Source of the DNA: Bacilli bacterium
Lineage (GTDB): Bacteria; Bacillota_I; Bacilli_A; RF39; UBA660
NCBI GenBank assembly: GCA_017617435.1
Contig: JAFZWF010000008.1
Span: 6,258 to 70,257 of the forward strand
Direction: 5' to 3'
Length of the DNA stretch: 64,000 nt
Below are positions 26,033 to 34,000 of the stretch, in pieces. Position numbers and translations under genes: made by a program. Under the pieces are notes generated by a model that was given only the letters and a program-made list of their open reading frames with translations, had not been told where the DNA came from and ran no database searches. How positions within the stretch are numbered: position 1 is the first letter of the stretch; every line of letters begins with the position of its first letter.

Positions 26033-26323
26033 CTACCCCTTATATGGACAAACTACTTCTGTACCAGTTTTATCACTACTACTTGAGTAGTAAGTACATC
26101 TAACTTTAGTACAAACTTTAGTATCACCATAATCTTTAAATTCTACGCAAGTGTTTTTAAGCTCTGATTTTGTTGTTTTACAAATTGCTTTTGAACACTG
26201 TGTATTACGATCTAAATTTCTTTTAAGCATAGGCCAAAAAACTGTAAAGAAAAAAGTCGATAGGATTCCTACCGCTATTACAACAAATACAGTTGCGTTT
26301 AGTTCACCAGTCGCCTCTCTCAT
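26033..26323 (-). CDS. Short prepilin-like protein (candidate major pilin 2), 6 Cys
   Basis: MREATGELNATVFVVIAVGILSTFFF: short charged leader, Gly, hydrophobic helix. 96 aa. Confidence 0.65.
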   Translation of the reverse strand: MREATGELNATVFVVIAVGILSTFFFTVFWPMLKRNLDRNTQCSKAICKTTKSELKNTCVEFKDYGDTKVCTKVRCTYYSSSSDKTGTEVVCPYKG

Positions 26324-26351
26324 TTTTTATTAGCCCCTTTTAATTTATTAA

Positions 26352-26600
26352 TTAATTACATGATTTAGATGATGTTTTACCATCTTTAGTCATAGTACAT
26401 GTTCCATTAGAACAACTTATACTATAGTCATCAGTTTCATCTGTATAAGTTTCTCCTCCGTTACTACTTTGGCAAGCATTATTAAGAGCAACACTTGATT
26501 TTATACCAGGTAAAATAAATACAGTAAAAATTAATCCTACAGCAGCAATAGCAACAACAGCTATAACTGTCATATTTAATTCTCCAGTAGCTTCTTTCAT
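26352..26600 (-). CDS. Short prepilin-like protein (candidate major pilin 1), 4 Cys
   Basis: MKEATGELNMTVIAVVAIAAVGLIF. 82 aa. First gene after a consensus promoter, with an AAGGAGG RBS. Confidence 0.65.
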   Translation of the reverse strand: MKEATGELNMTVIAVVAIAAVGLIFTVFILPGIKSSVALNNACQSSNGGETYTDETDDYSISCSNGTCTMTKDGKTSSKSCN

Positions 26601-26642
26601 ATAATAAAATTCCTCCTTAAATACATTTATTATTCTAAAAAT

Positions 26643-26671
26643 ATTATAACTATTTTATTTATAAATATCAA
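26643..26671 (-). promoter_or_regulatory. Consensus SigA-type promoter for the pilin cassette
   Basis: Minus strand reads TTGATA (26666-26671), 17-nt spacer, TATAAT (26643-26648). Confidence 0.8.
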
Positions 26672-26699
26672 TATAATTAAATTTTATATTTAAAATAAT

Positions 26700-26735
26700 G
26701 TAAAGAAAAATAGTTCAAGATTAATCTTGAACTAT
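26700..26735 (-). terminator. Rho-independent terminator after the TadC-like gene
   Basis: Hairpin agttcaaga-ttaa-tcttgaact directly after the stop codon, then ATTTTTCTTT on the minus strand. Confidence 0.8.
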
Positions 26736-27524
26736 TTATATTCTCATCATTTGAATAACCGCTAGAATTAAAAGCCCCATTACACCAATACCTGTTACAA
26801 CAAGCATGTGCATTGTTTTACTTTCCATTTTTTCAAGTCTATTTTTATATTTTGTATCTCTTGCTTTTTGTTGTAGTGATGAAATAGATCTAGAAAAAGC
26901 TAGTAGTTGTTCTTGTTTTCTTTCTTGTCTTCCAAGTGAAAGACGATAAAGTAGTCTCATCATACGCATTGAGTCACGTACGGGATAAGTTTTTGCAAAA
27001 TTCATATATGGATTAATGGTATCATTACCTGCATTAATTTCATTTACAAGTTCTTGCAATCCTTCTTTAAATATATCAGGTGCATCGTTCATTGATTTAC
27101 CGATTGCAACTGGAACAGTATAGTGCTGAATTAATATTTCTAAACCTTTTAAGTAATGTGGTAACATTTCATCAATATCATTTAAATGTTTTTTATAGTG
27201 ACTTTTAACACTAAAATATTGAAGTTTAAACATTACTACACCTAATATAATAGCTGAAATAATTTTAATATAATTTAAACTTCCAATAAATAAACATAAA
27301 ACTAAACCTGTAACAAGAGCACCATCTCTTAGTCTTCGGTTAAATAAGGCATTAGAGTTTACGCTATCACCATATTTAGCTTTACAATAAAAGTCCCAAT
27401 CACTTTCTTTTATTTTTCTAAATAATAATTCATTATCTTCGAAAAATGTTCTTGAACTTACAGTACCATTTTTAAACATCACGAAAAGAACAATAACACC
27501 TAAAATTAATATTTCGATATACAT
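26736..27524 (-). CDS. TadC-like type II/IV secretion platform protein (T2SSF-like)
   Basis: 262 aa. N-terminal TM, paired central TMs, a ~120-aa cytoplasmic helical domain and a C-terminal TM. Start is coupled to the upstream paralogue; the two ORFs share position 27524. Confidence 0.65.
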   Translation of the reverse strand: MYIEILILGVIVLFVMFKNGTVSSRTFFEDNELLFRKIKESDWDFYCKAKYGDSVNSNALFNRRLRDGALVTGLVLCLFIGSLNYIKIISAIILGVVMFKLQYFSVKSHYKKHLNDIDEMLPHYLKGLEILIQHYTVPVAIGKSMNDAPDIFKEGLQELVNEINAGNDTINPYMNFAKTYPVRDSMRMMRLLYRLSLGRQERKQEQLLAFSRSISSLQQKARDTKYKNRLEKMESKTMHMLVVTGIGVMGLLILAVIQMMRI

Positions 27525-28417
27525 TATTCCACCCCCACATCGCCATTATAGTATTTTTCACCATTAAGTAAAAACATACTATTAATTATAATTATTGAGT
27601 GAAGAATTATTTTTACGTACCATATTTCAATTAATGCAATATAGTTTTCTGGATTAAGTAAAAACTGCATAACCATAACAAGAAGAAATAATATTAAACC
27701 AAATGTTATAAATCTTCGATGGAAGTTTTTACGATCCATTTGGTCTCGGTATACACCTTCAACTAAGGCATCGATATCCATTGCCATATTTTCAAGAGCT
27801 TCACCTGAATCTCTTGCACCTTCTTTAGTTATTTGTAAAAATAATTGATGCATATTTTTAACCATATAATAATCATATTTTTGATTAAAATAATTTATTG
27901 AATCATCAATAGATCCGTTTTGGTAACTCATATCAATCATAACTTTAACATCAGATAAAACGGGATCTTCTAAGATTCCTGAATCTCTAACTCCTTCAAG
28001 AGCTTTTACGAATGACTGAGTTGTATTAAATTCCATTATTACGTTTGTTGTATATACTTGAATTTGTTCAAAAACATATTCACTATATATACGATTACAT
28101 CTTAAATATGCAAGATATGGAATAAATAATATAGCAATAGTTGCATAGAATATAGCCCATAAAATACTATAAAAGTACATATATGCTATACCACCAGCAA
28201 AACCCGCAAAGATTACTACTTGACCAGCATATTGCTTAGCTGTATATTCTTGACCTAATTCCTTTGCTTTTTCTCTTACCATTTTAAAACTATACGGAGC
28301 ATATTTATTATAGATATTTGCAACATTAGCTGCAAAAAACTTATAAACATTTTCACCAGTATTCTTACGGTAAGATATAATAAAGACTACGAGTACAAGT
28401 AAAATTACTAACTCCAT
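27524..28417 (-). CDS. TadB-like type II/IV secretion platform protein (T2SSF-like)
   Basis: 297 aa with the same topology as its neighbour. Directly downstream of the CpaF-type ATPase, as in tadA-tadB-tadC. Confidence 0.65.
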   Translation of the reverse strand: MELVILLVLVVFIISYRKNTGENVYKFFAANVANIYNKYAPYSFKMVREKAKELGQEYTAKQYAGQVVIFAGFAGGIAYMYFYSILWAIFYATIAILFIPYLAYLRCNRIYSEYVFEQIQVYTTNVIMEFNTTQSFVKALEGVRDSGILEDPVLSDVKVMIDMSYQNGSIDDSINYFNQKYDYYMVKNMHQLFLQITKEGARDSGEALENMAMDIDALVEGVYRDQMDRKNFHRRFITFGLILFLLVMVMQFLLNPENYIALIEIWYVKIILHSIIIINSMFLLNGEKYYNGDVGVE

Positions 28418-28458
28418 AAGTTTTATCTTTCCCTTCTTATTATTATATTACTTTATTA

Positions 28459-29751
28459 TTATAACTCTTCTATATCTTGATAAGTAAGATTAGATGCTAA
28501 ATTATTTACACTATTTACAGGATTATTTAAATTATTAATCGCCCTATTTAGTGTTGCACTATTAACTGGTGCTGAAGGAGCAACATTAACATTATTATTA
28601 ATTGGTGCTTCAGCACTTTTGTTTATTTCATTATTATTATTTTCAGTTTTAATGCTAGATGCATCAAAAACCTCATCATTTTGATTTTTTTCAACAAATA
28701 AATTATCTTTAATCATAATTCCTTGAGCTCCAAGGATTTGTCTTAAGAATTTTGTTGGATTGTTATATGTCATTGTTCCATCAAGATTCTTTCTAAAAAT
28801 AATATTTGTTTTAGCTTCGTTATTATCATCAACATAAAATTCTGAAACCTCAACTATTTCACGTTGGAATCTTTGAAGTTCTGCACTCATATAACCTTTT
28901 ACGTGAATACCAATTTGAACATATCTATGAATTGATTTTAAGAACTGATCAATATCTAGATTTGATTCAAGAAGTGAGTACATACGCATTGGAATATTTG
29001 CTGCTCTATCAGAGTGGATTGTTGATAAAATGCAGTGACCTGATGAAATAGAGTTTCTTACACTCATAACAGCTTCAGCAGAACGAACCTCTGATAGTAA
29101 AATCCATCTTGGGTTTTGTCTCATACATGTAACAAGTACATCAGCATAATCTGCAATGTTATTTGTTTTCATGGCAACAATACTTCGGTGTGGAAATATT
29201 CTATCTAAATGTAGTTCTAGAGTATCTTCTATTGTTATTAGTTTTTCGTTTTCAGCAGTATGTGATGCTAAATACTTAACTAGCTCTGTTTTACCTGAAC
29301 CAGTTTCACCACTTACAATAATATTACAGTGACCTTTAACACATGTAATTAAAAATTCTAGTAAATTTTCTGTTACATATTTTTCACTTAATAATTTTTC
29401 TTTATTAAGTCTTATTTTTGCAGGTGTTTTTCTTATTGTAAGTGCTATACCATTAGTAGCTATAGATTCATGAATGAAGTTAAGACGAAGTTCTGCAGAT
29501 TCAGCATCAAGAAAAGGGTGAGCCATATTAAATGACTTACCCATTACATTTGAACACTGGAAAGCAAGCTTTTCAATTAAAGCATTGTTTATCTCAGGTC
29601 TCTCAACGCGAAAAACCCCTTTATCAAGGGTTTTTAAATAGATCTGACCTTGGTTATTATACTCAATGTCAGTTACATTATCATCTTGTAAAAATTCTTT
29701 TATAGGTCCAAAATCAATTTGGGAAAATATAGCATCATTCATGCTAGCCAC
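28459..29751 (-). CDS. CpaF/TadA-type (VirB11-superfamily) secretion ATPase
   Basis: Walker A SGETGSGKTE, Asp/Glu boxes, ILLSEVRSAEA (Walker B region) and His box GHCILSTIHS. Asn-rich ~70-aa C-terminal extension. Confidence 0.9.
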   Translation of the reverse strand: MASMNDAIFSQIDFGPIKEFLQDDNVTDIEYNNQGQIYLKTLDKGVFRVERPEINNALIEKLAFQCSNVMGKSFNMAHPFLDAESAELRLNFIHESIATNGIALTIRKTPAKIRLNKEKLLSEKYVTENLLEFLITCVKGHCNIIVSGETGSGKTELVKYLASHTAENEKLITIEDTLELHLDRIFPHRSIVAMKTNNIADYADVLVTCMRQNPRWILLSEVRSAEAVMSVRNSISSGHCILSTIHSDRAANIPMRMYSLLESNLDIDQFLKSIHRYVQIGIHVKGYMSAELQRFQREIVEVSEFYVDDNNEAKTNIIFRKNLDGTMTYNNPTKFLRQILGAQGIMIKDNLFVEKNQNDEVFDASSIKTENNNNEINKSAEAPINNNVNVAPSAPVNSATLNRAINNLNNPVNSVNNLASNLTYQDIEEL

Positions 29752-29788
29752 CTCTTATTTTTATTCTTTTTATTCTAATATTTTTATG

Positions 29789-30568
29789 TTAATAACTGTT
29801 TGGAACAACAGCTGATTTAGATTTAATTAAAGTTCTAAAATATTCATTACTAATTTCTGTTTGACCAGGATTTGCAGTATATGAGTAGTTTCTTGGAACA
29901 GGGATTATTTTAAATCCAATTAACTGTGCATCATAAAGTAGTTCATACATATCATTTGGAACAGCAAAAAGTAGTACATCTGTAGTTCCTGATTTAGTTG
30001 TTCCATCAAATACATGACGACCTGATGAATCTTTAGCATCTAGAACTTGAATTGATGATATAAATTTACCATAAATAGGTTTTCCACTATCATCATTACC
30101 TTGTAAATATAAATCAATATAATTACCAGGGTACATTGAGTTACCATATGTTAAAGTATTATTAACATTTAAATTAAATACAGTATAACCATCAGGGATA
30201 TCAGCAAATGCTGAATCTGGCATATCTGCAGCTTCTTTTACAATATCTGTATAAAAGACACCGTTAACTGGAACAGATGCTCCAACAGCAATTCTTTTAC
30301 CGATTAATTGTGAAGAATTTCTAATCAAATTAGGTGTTTTTTTAACAAAATCAGAAGATACATTAACATACTTGATATCATCAGATGTTATTTCTTGAGT
30401 TGATCCGATTTCATTTTTAGCAACAGGGATGCTTATCGGTGTTATAGCTTGTTTAACTCGATAATTATAACCGAAGTATAAAACTATAACACCAACAATA
30501 ACACCTAAAATTGTAACAGTATTTTTATTCGATAAGAATTTTTTAATTGTGTTTCCTAAATTACCCAT
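29789..30568 (-). CDS. CpaB/RcpC-like pilus assembly protein (TM + SAF-like domain)
   Basis: N-terminal TM helix, then IPVAKNEIGSTQEITSDDI, a SAF-like beta segment. 259 aa. Position upstream of cpaF matches Firmicute Tad loci. Confidence 0.6.
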   Translation of the reverse strand: MGNLGNTIKKFLSNKNTVTILGVIVGVIVLYFGYNYRVKQAITPISIPVAKNEIGSTQEITSDDIKYVNVSSDFVKKTPNLIRNSSQLIGKRIAVGASVPVNGVFYTDIVKEAADMPDSAFADIPDGYTVFNLNVNNTLTYGNSMYPGNYIDLYLQGNDDSGKPIYGKFISSIQVLDAKDSSGRHVFDGTTKSGTTDVLLFAVPNDMYELLYDAQLIGFKIIPVPRNYSYTANPGQTEISNEYFRTLIKSKSAVVPNSY

Positions 30569-30592
30569 TTTTATTCTCCTTTACAATTCTTG

Positions 30593-31015
30593 TTAGTCTT
30601 CCGTTAGTCCTGTTGGGTTCAACTCCAAGACAGCATCAATTTTATTAACGATATCAAATGTTGATGAATCACCCATAATACTAAACGTATTAGATTTTGA
30701 TGCAACCTTAACAGTTACCTTAGGAGGAGCTTCGTAAATACCATAGAAAGAAATAGTATAAGAAGAACTTAAGTTAGCTGATGCAGCAAATCTACGTAAG
30801 AAACTTTCAATAAATTTTTCTTTTACGATTCTGACTTCACCATATTGACGATAGTAGCCATAATCTACAGCATCAAGCATTGATGCTTCGGTAATTTCTT
30901 TTACCAAATAATAGTCTTGTGTATTTGTTGATGTAATGTTTTGTATAAGTAGCATTACGATAACAACAAATATACCAAGAAGAATTAACCAATAACCCCA
31001 ATATGATTCTTTCAT
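30593..31015 (-). CDS. Prepilin-like or pilus-assembly small membrane protein
   Basis: MKESYWGYWLILLGIFVVIVMLLI shares the M-K/R-E-S leader theme with the four downstream pilin-like genes. 140 aa. Confidence 0.5.
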   Translation of the reverse strand: MKESYWGYWLILLGIFVVIVMLLIQNITSTNTQDYYLVKEITEASMLDAVDYGYYRQYGEVRIVKEKFIESFLRRFAASANLSSSYTISFYGIYEAPPKVTVKVASKSNTFSIMGDSSTFDIVNKIDAVLELNPTGLTED

Positions 31016-31029
31016 CTACTATTTCCTTT

Positions 31030-34000
31030 CTATTTGTAAGCTGGTCCTTGAGGAGCAGATTTAGTTACTCCTTCTTTTGGAAGAGCTCCAACAATTACAC
31101 AAGTATGTTCACCATTCTTACAGTAATCACTTTCGAAGAATGACATTACTTTATCACGTCCATCTAAGCTTGTATGAACTTTTCCGTCTTTTGCAAGTTC
31201 AGTGATTAATTCACTTTCACAAACTTGATAGTCATATTTCTTAGCGTTTTCAATATCTTCTTTTGTATATCTATCTGGATATTTCTTAGCAAGTTCTTCT
31301 ATTTTCTTAGAATAGTTTTCACATTTCATTCCAGAGTTATCACTGAACTGTCCACCCTTACTTCTTATTGTAGAAATAACTGAAGGTGTAAATTCAAATG
31401 AATATTCAGGTTCTTTAGTGATTTCATCACCAAGACCTTCTACTTCTTCAATAAATGCTTCAGCCTTTTGACTTACACTTGGATCTAAGTTAACACCAGG
31501 TGTAACACCATCAGGATTTACATCAGTATTATCGAAGTTACGAACTGTGAATAATAATCCATGAACTGCATCATATGCACATCCATAATCAGAACATACT
31601 AGTGGACAGTTATCACCATCACACTTATAATCTTCGAATTCACAGAAGATACCACGAGATGGATCTTCAACACATTTAACACGACAGTTTGGACAGTTAA
31701 CTACGTACTTACACATGTAATTTCCTTGGAAATCACTCTTTAAGCCATCAATTAATGTTTTACCATCTTTAGTAATTATTCTTCCAGCTTCACCAGTTGT
31801 TAGGTTTTCACCTAAAGCATCGAAGTTGAATGTATAATTATAAATTCCCATACCAGTTTTAAGTTCAACAGGTACAGCAGTTGCATATGGAACTTTTTCT
31901 TCTCCATATTTATTTCTTAAATCATTAAATAATTTAGATTGAAGAACAGTATATTTATCTGTTAATCCATCGCTTCCAACTTTAACTACACCAGTTGAAT
32001 ATTCAGTATAGAATACTGATTCAGGTACTAAATCTAATTTTTTGTTTATTACCTTTTTAGAATAATTAACTTCATTTGGAACAGGTACACTAGTTGGAAC
32101 ATAAGTACCATTATCTCCTAATTTATATGAAGCCATCATTTTATCTAAGTTTTTCTTTTGAGATTGTTCATCTTCAAGAGTAACTTCTTTCCATCCAGTG
32201 CTACAGTTATAGTTATCATCTACATTACCACTACATCTTGATGTTGTAGTTGTAAGTTCTCTTGTATCTTTTTCTGGATTAGTTGGATCCTCAGCTGGAA
32301 CAAGTTTTAACTTGTTACCAGGTAATGCTTTAATATATTCTTCTTCATCATATGTGAATGAAATTTCTGGATCAGCATTATAATCTGAATACCAATCACC
32401 ACCACATGCATTGATGTTATTAATGATTGTATTTAAATCTTTAACAGCTGTTTTAAATGCAGGTGTTGAAGTTAATCCAGCATTATATAATTCAGTAGCA
32501 GTTTTGTATGCTGCATCATAATCTGTATTAAATTTATTATAATCAATATTATCTGTATAACATGATTTAGTAGATTCAACTCTCATACCAAGAGTGAAGT
32601 ATTGACCATTAATTGTGTAACGAGCTCTTGGAATATTAAATGAATAATCTTCTTTACAGTATACCTTACAGTAAGGGTTACCTGTATTTTGTTCAAAATT
32701 ATATGGAACATATTTGTCATTTACATTTTGAGCATCATGTTTTTTAAGTTCGTAAGCTCTGTTACCTACGATACATAAGTTAATGTTATCAGATTCAGTA
32801 ACAGTTCCTTCTTTAACTTCTTTACTTAATTCTACTTCTTGATCAGTTGCTAGAGCTTCTAAACATGAATTTCCGATATCTGATTTAGCACCACATACAC
32901 AGCTATTACTATATATAGAGCACCAATCTTTACCATCTTTTAAACATGCTTGTTTAGCAGCATCTGTAGTAGCTTTTGCCATACATTCTTGTTGAACTGA
33001 ACATTGATCATAAACATTGAAGTGTCTTTCTGTTGGATAACAACATTCACTCATCCATTGTCTATAAGCATTTGTATCATTTTTGTCTGGCATTGTTTCA
33101 GGAGTACATACATTACCACAAGCTAAGTGTTCATCTTCAAGAAGAACTACTCTATTTGGATCTGTAATTTCAGATTCAAATTTAGCTTTACCAATAGTAC
33201 CCATGTATTCACGAGTATTCCATTTGTTATTTGCTTTAATTTGAGCAAGTCTTGAATCACAAGTTAGTGGTTCACAAGTAATTTCTCCATCAATTAATTT
33301 AGCAGCAGGGTTTTGTTCGTTTATAGTTATTTCACCATTAAACTTAGCAATACCAGCTTCTGTTGCATATTCTTTATATGTACCATTTTCTTTAATTTGT
33401 CTTAATCTAGTACTACATACTGGTTTTTCACAAATTATTGTTCTATCTGGACTTTCATTAACTTTCTTAGCTTCAGCTAGATTGTTATCAATCTTTAAGT
33501 TAAGAAGTTTTGTAATTCCACTCCATCCTTCAGTAGTTTGAAGTTGAACTAATTTACTTAATTCAGTTGTAAATGGTTCACCAATATGATCTTCACATAC
33601 AGTAGGTTGATAACAGTATAGTGTAGAACCAGAACATACTGCAGGTCCGTCAGGAATATTAACAGGAAGAGATGCTTTTACTTTTTCACAAGCTTCCTTA
33701 GAGTTATATTCACCCTCAACTTCACTACATGCTGTACATACGATTAAGTTATCACTACCTTTTCTTATCTTCTTAGCTTCATCAGTATTAATTAAGTTAA
33801 GTTTTGAAACTAACTCTTTCCAGTTCTTAGCTTGAACTAATTGATCAATTTCATTTGTATAAGTTTCAGTTGTGTGATCAGTACAGTAAGTTTTTGTGTT
33901 GTTAATATCACACTTAACATTACCATTATTATTTTCAATCTTAACAACTTCTTCAATTTTACCGATATTATATTTAACCATGAAGTTGTTACATGTTAAA

